64,000 nt of DNA from Chrysomallon squamiferum (lineage: Eukaryota > Animalia > Mollusca), in NCBI GenBank assembly GCA_012295275.1, contig CM022665.1:46624001-46688000 (forward strand), written 5' to 3'. The position numbers and the translations under genes are program-made. The notes below the pieces were generated by a model. The model was not told where the DNA came from and did no database searches. It was given only the letters and a program-made list of their open reading frames with translations. The stretch's first letter is position 1, and every line of letters begins with the position of its first letter. Of this stretch, positions 53,301-64,000 are shown in pieces.

Positions 53301-55456
53301 TTCTCCTGTTTTAAATTTTTATTTTTTTTGGTCAAATTAATATCATGAACTGTTAGAAATATACGTCCGTTTTTTTTTTTTTTTTTTTCTTGTGTCTACA
53401 GCAATTTAAAGTAAGAAAAAAGAGAAAGAGAAAAGAGAAAGAAAAGATAAGATCAAATTATACAGTGTTTTTTTTTGTTATAAAAATTGGTTAAATTGTT
53501 TTGTCTTTTTGTTTAATGTTTTAATTTTTATTTTTGTAACCTTTTATAAGTTTTATTGTAACCTTTATTATTAGCATATGTGTGTGTAGATTTTGTTTTT
53601 ATAAAATAAATCATGTGATTTTAAAAATACTTATTTTTGTTTGTTTTTTGTTTTTTTGAATAAATTAAATTTGTACATGCTTGTGATATGCACACAAACA
53701 CACCACCCAAATTATGAAGTGGTTCTGTTTCATATATACTTTCTTTCATTTACTTGTAACAGTTTAAATATCACCAGACAACTAAACCTTTTATTGGAAC
53801 AACAATTTCCACTGCCTGTATTCTGCCTCTACACAAAAAATACAAATTGGACAGGAAATAATATTATGATAACTTCAGTTATGGCCACATCTTTTTAAAG
53901 CAACTGTAGTTAAAACAAGTACAATACCAGGACTGATATCCAGCTTCATAGCAGAGGTAACTAGTGAGATATCATACTATTACACAATTTAACAGAGTTT
54001 TAAAGGTATCAACTGACATCATTTAAAACAGTGAGATATCAGTCTATGACATCATCTAACAAAGGATAGTGAGATATCAGTCTTATGACATCATCTAACA
54101 GAGTTAACTAGTGAGATATCAGACTATTACACCATTTAACAGAATTGATAGTGAGATATCAGACTATGACATCATCAAACAAAATTGATAGTGAGGTATC
54201 AGACTATGACACCATCTAACAAAATTGATAGTGAGATATCAGACTATGACATCATCTAACAAAGTTGATAGTGAGATATCAGACTATTACATCATCTAAC
54301 AGAGTTGATAGTGAGATATCAGACTATGACATCATCTAACAGAGATGATAGTGAGATATCAGACTATGACATCATCTAACCAAGTTGATAGTGATATATC
54401 AGACTATGACATCATCTAACAGTTGATAGTGATATATCAGACTATGACATCATCTAACAGTTGATAGTGATATATCAGACTATGACATCATCTAGCAGAG
54501 TTAACCAGCTTGCTAACACACTAACATGTTTACACTGTCCTTGCCACTCAAATGCTTGCATTTCCTGCTCACCACAGTGAAAGTAAGTCAGCATAACTGC
54601 AGTAAAATGTCAGTTTACACTGAAAGACTTGAAATGGACTTAATTTACAGGAACCATAACTGGATCCAAACCACAAACTATATGTTTTTAACATTTTCAG
54701 TGAACTCAACAGACAAACTGAAATGGCAGAATGATTCTAGGTTGCTGACAGTTCAGAAAAATTCAATAACTCACTGAAGATTTCAACACCTTTCACTGTG
54801 GAATTAACATGTATTTGTATAGAATCAATATCTGTGACTTTTTAATTTTTTACCATCATCATCATCAGTTAAGAAGACAACTTTACTTCTCAAATCTTCA
54901 TGTTATCCTTAACATTAAAAGTAAACAAGGGAAACAACTCCAAACAACCAAACAATCCCCACCATCTGTCACCTCCAGTAATTAGTTAATAAATTATGCA
55001 CACAATTAACAAGTAAAGACAATTTTCTGAAATATGATAGCATGTTACTGCAAACACAAACTGGAGATAGCTCACAATGAAACCATGAGGATATTTAACT
55101 GCTGAAAAAATATCCCATGCTTAAATACAAATGCTAAATCTAAAAGCCTCTAATTTAATGATCTTATCGGAGTTACTGCCCTTTATTTTCACAACCAGTG
55201 TACCTACTTTATACTGGTTTGCAACTACGAGCATAATTTCAAAACAAAACTATCCACTTATTTAAATATATGAATGAAAATAACTCTTAATAAAAAGTAA
55301 ATATATTAAATATATTAGATAACTTAGTGCTGCATCACTCTAAAATAAAAAATAAAAAGCCAGCGCTGTTTTAAAATAAAAATGGCTGTCAACATTATTC
55401 TGAAATACAAATTATTTGAACATTATTAAAAAAAATACAAATCATTGTCAACACAC

Positions 55457-55494
<38 letters not shown>

Positions 55495-55719
55495 TGATAA
55501 AAGACAACTAGATGTGAGTTAAAAGAGTCCTAGCTGTGTTAAAAGAGTGTTAGCTTTACCTGTAAGCATCATCTGAGGACATGTTCATGTGTTTCATGAT
55601 GTAAGCGATGGCCAGAGTCGGGGATCGGGAAATTCCTGCCAAACAGTGCACCATAACACAGCCATTAGCTTCACGTACCATATCTACAACAACAACAACA
55701 ACAGCAGCAATAATAATAA

Positions 55720-55761
<42 letters not shown>

Positions 55762-58700
55762 TGATAATAATAATAAAAATAATGATAATAATAATAATAA
55801 CAAATAATGATGATGATAATAATTTCAAGTAATGATAATAATAATAACAATAATAATAATAATAATGATAATAATAATAATGATGATGATAATAATAATA
55901 ATAATGTTAATAATACCAGTGATGATAATATCAATAATGATGATGATAATAATAATAGTAACAATAACAACAACAATAATAAATAATACTAGTAACAGAA
56001 CAAAAAGAATATAAATTATAATATTGTAATGATACAGATTTAAGTAACCTATACATCAGTAATTGAGTGTAATTGTTTGTGTCTGTTTCTATGATAACAA
56101 TAAATGTGCAAGTAACTAAAAGTGACAGAATTGGCCAGAAACAGGGGTGAAATTTTAAACTGTTTGTTTACACATATTTGTGCATGCATGCTATAAATAA
56201 ATGGATGCGATCTGACAAATCAGTGACTGAGAATAATTATTAATAAAACAAGATCACTGTGTGTTTGCATGTATGTGTGAACATGAGATACAAAAAAAAG
56301 GTGTTTTAACACAAACTATAATCTGCAACCACTAATAAAACAATGTGTGATTGTGTGTGTGTGTGTGTATGTCTGTGTGTGTGTGTGTGTATCTGTGTGT
56401 GTGTCTGTATGTGTGTGTGTGTGTGTCTGTATGTGTGTGTGTGTGTGTGTCTGTGTGTGTGTGTCTGTGTGTATGTGTGTGTGTGTGTGTCTGTATGTGT
56501 GTGTGTCTATGTATGTGTGTGTGTGTGTGTCTGTATGTGTGTGTGTTTTGTATGTGTGATGTGTCTATGTATGAGGTGTGTGTTATGTGTGTGTTTATCT
56601 GTAAGAGAAACACAAGACTCACCTAAAAATGAAAAACACTAATTTACCCAAATAAAAAGATCTGGGGGGTGGAGTTTTCACTGTAGTTGAATAATTGACT
56701 GGAACAAAAATGCGGAGGAATGGCCGTGAAATTGGATAAATGGTGGTTTTGTACAGGTGATGCTAATCTATTGAGGATAAAAGTTAATACCATTTTATCT
56801 GTAATGGAAAGACACAATAAAAACACACATAAACTGAAGTATAAAAGTAAAATATGAAAAACACTAATTTGAACCCAAATAAAAAGGTGATCTGATCCAT
56901 TAGTGTTGTAAATTAATTAAGAATAATAAATCTGATACAGAATGAAAATGATTCAATAAAAATGCATCCAAGTAGAATAAATTTCAAATAAATGAAATAA
57001 ATGAATGAAAGTAATTCAGAATAGATTTGGTTCAGGGCAATTAATCTATGTATATTCAAAAAAGTGATTAATATAAATTTTATTCAAATGTAAATGGATC
57101 TAAGCACAATAAATCTAATTCACATAAATGTAGAATGAATGTGAAAGATGTAAATGGATACTAGTAGAATTTATATGAATCAAATTAAATGATCCAGGTA
57201 GAACAAGTTGAATTAATAGAAATCAAATAATTGGATTCCAGGTAAAATAATTCTGAATCAGATAAATGAAACTAAGCAGAATGAAAGTGATTCAAATAAA
57301 TGAAACTAAGCAGAATGAAAGTAATTCAAATAAACGAAACTAAGCAGAATGAAAGTAATTCAAATAAATGAAATAAAGCAGAATGAAAGTAATTCAAATA
57401 AATGAAAGTAATTCAAATAAATGAAACTAAGCAGAATGAAAGTAATTCAAATAAATGAAACTAATTCAAATAAACGAAACTAAGCAGAATGAAAACAATT
57501 CAAATAAATGAAAGTGATTCAAATAAATGAACCTAATTCAAATAAATGAAACTAAGCAGAATAATGTTGATTGAAATAAACGGATCCAAGTAGAAAAAAA
57601 AAACTAAACAAAAAAAATTCAAAAAAAAAAAAAATTCAAATAAATGGAAAATGGTAGAAAAAAAAAATGGATTCTCTCACCTGAGTGATTTCCTGAGAGA
57701 GAGCATCCTGCTGTGAGCCCAGGTAGAGGAAGGGCAGGATGCGGGTTGGTCCGACGTTTGTGACAGGCAGACAGGGCTGGGAGAGGGAGGTGAGGGGGGC
57801 ACACTTGTAACTGCATGTCGACTTGTTCTCGCACAGGGAGGGGTACATGGCATGGAAAGCCAGATAACCACCTGGAATTTAAAAAAAAATTAAAAAAAAA
57901 AAAAAAATTATTTGAAAGAGATGATTTGTATACTTAAAATAGTAATTATTTTAAACAATAATTATTTGAAGTATACAAACAATCTCTTTTAAGTAAAACA
58001 TTTAAAAAAATTTTTTTTAACATACAGTACAAGAGAAAGTATGATGGTTTTAATACCTGTGTCTAATTATATATCTGTATACTTCCAGATGATGATTCTG
58101 GTTTCTTTTTAACATTATATGTGAACAAAGACAAAATCTAAATATATTTTGTGTTATTCCAAGTGACAGTTTTGGTATCAAGACCAATGCTTTTTTTTTT
58201 CTTTTTTTTTCTCAAACAAAACAAAACAATAATGTAAAAATTCATTATGATAGTTTTTTTTTTTTTTTAAATTATTTATTTTATTCTTTTTTAATTTTAA
58301 AATTAATTTTATTTAATGAATAACTTAAAATTAATCACAGCAGCAACATTATATATTCCAACAGTAAAATATGTTTTTAAATAAACTATTATATTTTTTT
58401 GGAGGGGGAATCAGTTTTAAGTAAATTTTTAACCTTTGAGAAAAGTGACACTTTTGTAAGCTGTGGAGAGTTTCTGTAACAACACGAAGACGAAGTTGTC
58501 CTCGGTGAACAGAGCGGGGTCCTCGGTGCACTGGTCATAGACGATGACGTCTGAGTCATCATCAACGTCCATGTGACAGTTCTGCATCAACAACTCCCTG
58601 ATATGGACCTGGTAATAGACGAATATAAAACATTTTTGTCAGTGTTAGAGTTAGCGTAAATCAGAATAAAAAAAGAAAAATATACTTCATGTTTTAATAC

Positions 58701-59990
58701 TTGTTTTAACACTTGTTTTATTGTTTATACTTTATTATTAGCAAAGAGTGTTATCACCTTTTTTTTTTTTTTTTTTATTTGTAAACAGTAGGCAGAAGAA
58801 AAATAGCATAATTGGCTAGATATGTACAAAAGGTGCACATTAACTTAAAAGTGTTACAAAACAGAACAGAGTTTTATTATGCATCATGCTATTTAAATTT
58901 CACTATATTAAATACTGAGTTTTTATTATGAGTTATTTTTACTATTAAATTTCACCATATTAAATACTGATTTTATTATTTGTTATTTTTATGCTTTTTA
59001 AATTTTGACCATATTAAAATATATATATGAATTTTAATTATGCACCATAGGTTTTAAATTTTACCATATTATAATATATACTGAGTTTTTATTATGAATT
59101 ATACTTTTTAAATGTTACTATATTATATACTGAGCTGTATTATGCATCATGCTATTTAAATTTCACCAGATTATATACTGAGTTTTATTGTGCATTATGC
59201 TATTTAAATTTTACTATATTAAATACTGAGTTTTTATTATGAATTATTTTTATTATTAAATTTGACCATATTAAAATATATACTATGTTTTGTTATGCAT
59301 TATGCTTTTAAATTTTACCATATTATAATATATATTGAATTTTAATTATGCCCCATGCTGTTTAAATTTCACCATATTATATAATGAGTTTTATCATATC
59401 ATATTAATACAGACCACAGACTTCTCTGTATTTGATTGGTTACTTATTACAATTATTCTGAACAGGGAAACAGCCAGCCAAAACTGTTTCTGTCACATTC
59501 AACACAGATCAATAATAATAAAAATAAAAAAAAAATGACTACATAAATCATTTTTTAACATCATTAAACTTTTCTAATTTCAATAGTAATCTGATGTTGC
59601 ATGTGATTTTTATTTTCATTTTTTTTTTTTTTTTTTTTGTCAATACAAAACAAGCTTCAACCATTATAGCAAAAAATATTTTTAAAAAAATTTGTATTGT
59701 ATATAACTTTTAGTTTTTCGTTATTAGTAAACAAACGTAAACCGTTGTATTAAAATTTATTATTTTCTTGTCAGACTGTATATCCTTCACCTGAATTAAC
59801 TAGGTTTTTTTTTTAGGTTTTTTTTTTGCAGGTACAGCTGTATACCACAGAGCAAGCAGTCAGAGAGACAGTGACTCACCTTGTTTTGCTGCAGTCGTCG
59901 CTTGACCAGCTTGGAGCAGCAGACATTCACCGACTGTTGAATGCTGCTCGTGTTAAACTCCAGAAACGAGCGACTGTCAATCAGCAGGAC
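44560..59990 (-). CDS. DUSP16: Dual-specificity MAP kinase phosphatase, DUSP8/DUSP16 (MKP-7) subfamily; 6 exons in window, N-terminal exon not found
   Basis: Rhodanese/KIM domain [13 protein letters not shown]...[13 protein letters not shown]; [24 protein letters not shown]; catalytic [10 protein letters not shown]; [24 protein letters not shown]; C-terminal GSHEIIQVS* like the DUSP16/8 EIIEVS end. Probably co-orthologous to vertebrate DUSP8 and DUSP16. Confidence 0.93.
48660..48930 (+). promoter_or_regulatory. Candidate TPPP promoter and non-coding first exon (donor at 48828)
   Basis: Locally CpG-rich. X-box-like GTTGATCAGCAAC 48677-48689; perfect palindrome TGTTTACAATTGTAAACA 48696-48713; inverted CCAAT 48722-48726; CAG|GTAAGG donor; second X-box-like GTTACGCAAGTAAC 48911-48924. 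Confidence 0.6.
51718..53294 (+). CDS. TPPP: Tubulin polymerization-promoting protein (TPPP/p25alpha family), 170 aa; exons 51718-51899, 52273-52420, 53112-53294
   Basis: [26 protein letters not shown]; [30 protein letters not shown] (GxGxGxxGR motif); [20 protein letters not shown] introns, 513 nt total in frame; acceptor at 51693 implies an upstream UTR exon. Confidence 0.97.
52455..52685. repeat. Minisatellite, 21-22-bp units (agtcattaattagtcatagca / agtcattaattagtcgttggac) in TPPP intron 2
   Basis: About 10 copies of gtcattaattagtc. Confidence 0.92.
53605..53610 (+). terminator. Candidate TPPP polyadenylation signal AATAAA
   Basis: AATAAA about 310 nt after the stop, followed by a T/GT-rich tract; AT-rich background weakens the call. 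Confidence 0.4.
53960..54505. repeat. Minisatellite, about 40-bp unit (gatagtgagatatcagactatgacatcatctaacagagtt)
   Basis: About 13 copies, most homogeneous at the 3' end. Confidence 0.93.
55560..55683 (-). CDS. DUSP16: DUSP catalytic exon ([31 protein letters not shown]...DDAYR)
   Basis: HCxxGxxR signature; gttgtag| ... AG|gtaaag. Confidence 0.97.
56345..56595. repeat. Compound (TG)n microsatellite; similar at 19581-19670 and 62938-63210
   Basis: Direct inspection. Confidence 0.97.
56623..56798 (-). CDS. DUSP16: DUSP exon carrying the general-acid loop; sequence corrupted by multiple indels
   Basis: Intact ttacag acceptor and G|gtgagt donor. Fragments [27 protein letters not shown] and NYSE are readable in shifting frames. 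Length 176 nt does not fit the required phase. Confidence 0.75.
57260..57565. repeat. Minisatellite, about 34-bp unit (aaataaatgaaactaagcagaatgaaagtaattc)
   Basis: Multiple full and truncated copies. Confidence 0.88.
57681..57871 (-). CDS. DUSP16: DUSP exon ([17 protein letters not shown]...[23 protein letters not shown])
   Basis: attccag| ... CAG|gtgaga. Confidence 0.95.
58434..58608 (-). CDS. DUSP16: DUSP exon ([11 protein letters not shown]...VIVYDQ...VTFLK)
   Basis: taccag| ... G|gttaaa; phases fit. Confidence 0.94.
58865..59400. repeat. Degenerate AT-rich tandem repeat, about 50-bp unit (actgagttttattatgcatcatgctatttaaatttcaccatatt)
   Basis: About 10 diverged copies. Confidence 0.8.
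59880..59990 (-). CDS. DUSP16: DUSP exon: rhodanese domain with kinase-interaction motif (KRRL)
   Basis: atttcag|GTC ... AAG|gtgagt, 111 nt. Confidence 0.95.
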
Positions 59991-60399
59991 CTGAAATCAA
60001 TCAATCAATCAATCAATCAATCAGAGATGACTGATAAGTCTTAAAATTTGCAGCATGCACCATTTTATTATATTATAAAATAAAAAAACAAACAATAATA
60101 ATAAATGAGTCAGAGATCATGGACGGTTTTTTTCAGCTATACAAAGTACATTGTATGTAGAGCTAAAACGTAGCTTTGTATTCGTTTGGTAAATGATTAA
60201 ATCAGTGTGTGTAATTGATTATTAGCTGTCACATACATTTTGTAGTTGTTTGATGATAACAGATAAGAAACCAACACAGGCCAAACCACTGTCTGTATTT
60301 GTTGATTAGTGTAATGAAAATTCTTACATAGACACACATATAGTGGACTTTGATATATACACAAAAACCAGTTTGCATATATATACGGGCATATATACA

Positions 60400-61900
60400 T
60401 ATGCTTTTAAGTCTTAGAAGTATTCATGTATCTTGCATTATTTTATATTATTATAAATAAAAAAAATTAAAATCTGAAATTTCTGTATTTTTTAACATAC
60501 ACACAACAATGTTTGTATGCTGCTTTTAAGATTTAGAAGTATTCATGTATTATTTTATATTATTATAAATAAAATAAAAAAAAATTAATCAGAGACTACT
60601 GATATTTTTCAGCCATACATATGCCAATGTTGGTATAGTGCTTTTAAATTTTAAATTTAAACTTATTTTATCAGTTATAATTTTATAAATTAAAAAAAAA
60701 AAAAAAAAGTTGCAGATTGTGAATTTCTTCAGTCAAATACAATTAAATGTGTGTTTGGTGCCTCTAACTGTTAAAAGTATTCATTTAATATGCATTATTT
60801 TATCATTTTATAAATTAAAAATTCCAAATCAATGAGATAAAACTAATTTCTTTTCACTCAAACACAATTATATGTCTGTATGATGTTTTCAAGTTTTAGA
60901 ACTGCTCATGTATTATTTTATATTAATAAAAAAATAATATATAATAATAGTAATTTTAATAATAATAATAATAAAATAATAATAATTACTAACTAAAAAC
61001 CAATAAAAATCAATCACTGATTACTGACTTTTTTCAGTCATTCACAGTTTAATGTCTGAATGGTGTTTTTAAGTTTTCAAAGTGCTCAAATAACTTGTAT
61101 TATGTAATTATAAATAATTTAATTTTTTTTTCATTCATACACTCTATATTGTTTATATGCTGCTTTCAGGTTTTAGAAGTATCCATGAAATATGCATTAT
61201 TTTATAATATTAGAAAATAAAATAAAATAAAAACACAAAACAACAATAAAAAAAATAATAATAAAACAACAACATCCATATAGTCTTTATGCAGCATGCA
61301 TTTGTATTATAAACAATAAAAATAAGTTGATCATGTACACTACCATGTAAGGTATTTGTAGATTTTAAAAATCTTCATGTAATATGCATTATTTTATAAT
61401 ACTGTAAATAAACAAAAATAATAATAAATAATATAATTTTTTGGTGGTACTCATATATTTTAGAAGTATTCAATTAACAAGAATTGTTTTATAATTAAAA
61501 AAATATATCAACTCATTCAGGTTTTATCAACCTTTTCCAGAGGTATGTGATCTTGTAATATGTTTTATTTTATAACATTAAAAAAATAAAAGATAATAAT
61601 AAAAAATAAATAAATAAATAAATAAATAAATAAGAAAATATTTAAGAAAAAAAATAATTAAGAAAAGTTAAAAAAAAAAAATTCCCGAGATTACTGAATT
61701 TTTTTTTTGCAGTCACATACTTTTACATTCTAAAAAGTATTCATGTAACTTGAACATTTTTTTAAATTCTATAAATAAAAAAACAACAAATCAATCATAA
61801 ATCATAAATTACTGTCATTTCTTTCCTGTCATAAAATGTCTGCATGATGCTTTTAAGTTTTCAATGTATTCGTGTAACTCTTTTAAAGATTTATAAATGA
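60400..61900. repeat. Old, diverged tandem repeat of about 120 bp (tgcttttaagttttagaagtattcatgt...attttata..ttataaataaaa)
   Basis: Core recurs near 60402, 60521, 60640, 60760, 60885, 61065, 61161 and 61848. Confidence 0.65.
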
Positions 61901-62139
61901 GAAAAAAAAAACCCAATTCAATCACAGTTACTCACTTGTTTCAAGTCATGCATGCAGTGTCTGTATCATATCAGTTTTAAAACAAAGATGACAGATACTT
62001 TTGCTATAATGTTACAGACATATAAACGAATTAGATGCAGCACATATAGGGTTGTATGGAGGAACAAACAAGTTAAATACTGCAGACATTGGTATATGGA
62101 TATCTAAACAGGATTAGTTTAATAGCATGGATAATTATA

Positions 62140-62885
62140 AGGCTAACTTAATAATATGTACTGGTATATACACATAGATATCTAAACAGAATGAGTTTAA
62201 TATTGTGGATAATTATAATGCTGACTTAATATGTACTGATACATATATACGTAAATAGCTGGTGTTTCATATTTTAAGTATGTAATGCTGACTTAATATG
62301 TACTGATACATATACCTAAATAGCTGGTGTTTTATATTGTAAGTATGTAATGCTGACTTAATATGTACTGATACATATACCTAAATAGCTGGTGTTTCAT
62401 ATTTTAAGTATATAATGCTGACTTAATATGTACTGATACATATACCTAAATAGCTGGTGTTTTATATTTTAAGTATGTAATGCTGACTTAATATGTACTG
62501 ATACATATACCTAAATAGCTGGTGTTTCATATTGTAAGTATGTAATGCTGACTTAATATGTACTGATACATATACCTAAATAGCTGGTGTTTTATATTGT
62601 AAGTATGTAATGCTGACTTAATATGTACTGATACATATATACGTAAATAGCTGGTGTTTTATATTGTAAGTATGTAATGCTGACTTAATATGTACTGATA
62701 CATATATACGTAAATAGCTGGCATTTTATATTGTATGTATGTAATGCTGACTTAATATGTACTGATACATATATATAAATAGCTGGTGTTTCATATTGTA
62801 AGTATGTAATGCTGACTTAATATGTACTGATACATATACCTAAATAGCTGGCATTTCATATTGTAAGTATGTAATGCTGACTCAG
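62140..62885. repeat. Minisatellite, 65-67-bp unit (gtaatgctgacttaatatgtactgatacatatacctaaatagctggtgttttatattgtaagtat) x~11
   Basis: gctgactta recurs about every 65 bp with near identity. Confidence 0.95.
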
Positions 62886-63053
62886 TTATTTATATACTGG
62901 TATTAAATACAATGAAATTATAAAGATAATAAAGATAAGTGTATGTATGTGTGTGTATGTGTGTGTATGTATATGTGTGTGTGTGTTGAGCCTTTATATA
63001 CATGTATGTATGCTTTTATCTGGATGTAAGTATGTAAGTATGTATGTATGTAT

Positions 63054-63099
<46 letters not shown>

Positions 63100-63906
63100 A
63101 CATATATGTGTGTGTGTGTATGTATGTATGTATGTTTGTATGTATGTATGTATGTATGTATGTATGTATACATATATGTGTGTGTGTGAATGTATGTGTT
63201 TGTATGTATCTACCTATCATGACTTAAGAATGATAATAAGACAGTGAACAAAAACAGCAGTCCCTGACATTCAAGCACAAATACAATCTGCAGCGCACAC
63301 ACACACACACACACACACATCACCACGAGAAACTAACAAAAACGAACAGAGAGAGAAATTAAATATTTATGTAAAATTTTCTATTTCTGAGACATCTTCT
63401 CGTCTTCTTGGTGTGAACAGTGACAATGGCTGTCTTCTTCCAGTCTAGTTTAGTGATCCTGTAATTTGAGCAGAACTGGTACAAAGTCACTTATGACTCA
63501 TTTTGTACTCTGTGGCCATTTATACTACCAACAATGTTAAATAGCCTCTGACTTGATTTTTTTTTTTTCTCTCTCTCTCTCTCTCTCTCTCTCCGTCTCT
63601 GTGTCTCTCTCTCTCTTTCTCAGTAACATTAAAAAAGAAAACATAATAATGTACAAAGTACTAAAGTGTGTGGTGAGTCATGCAAGGTTATCACTTGAAC
63701 TAAAACACATTTATAAATCAGTCAGTGAATATGTGGGATCTAGGAAATATCTCTTAATGTGTTTGTGTGGTCAATAAAGAGAGTAAATAATACACTTCTT
63801 TCCAGATGATTGTTTTATTCATGTGCTCTTTAACACATTATAAATTATAATATGTAATTCTATATATATATATATAGTAGAAATACTAAAAAAATAATCA
63901 TGTTTC

Positions 63907-63953
<47 letters not shown>

Positions 63954-64000
63954 AATCATAAATATATTCTTTAATATTCAACAAAAAAGAAAAAATTAAA

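Noticed and set aside
53960-54505. Regular repeats resembling a CRISPR array (also 62140-62885)
   Set aside because: Head-to-tail units with no unique spacers, no cas genes, eukaryotic intronic context.
63370-63460. Candidate first coding exon of the DUSP
   Set aside because: Has an acceptor-like site but no suitable donor and no similarity to DUSP16/8 N-termini.

Overview
AT-rich, microsatellite-dense animal genomic DNA. It is probably a lophotrochozoan such as a mollusc, inferred only from composition and protein divergence. It holds three intron-containing genes. (1) REV3L, the DNA polymerase zeta catalytic subunit, on the minus strand: start ATG at 24777, 22 coding exons traced down to position 209 including a 6.1-kb exon; the polymerase core lies off the left edge. 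(2) A DUSP16/DUSP8-type MAP-kinase phosphatase on the minus strand, 59990 to stop at 44560; the first coding exon was not found in the window. (3) A complete 170-aa TPPP/p25alpha gene on the plus strand, 51718-53294, nested antisense in the last DUSP intron. Upstream of it is a candidate RFX X-box + forkhead palindrome + CCAAT promoter. REV3L has an out-of-frame upstream ATG overlapping its start, a conserved Taspase1-type site, two REV7-binding motifs and a TSPTK repeat insertion. Six single-base frameshifts, each repairable at a homopolymer run, and one garbled DUSP exon most likely reflect noisy long-read assembly rather than biology. No prokaryotic systems, CRISPR arrays or autonomous transposons were seen. 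All homology calls are from recalled sequences, not database searches.
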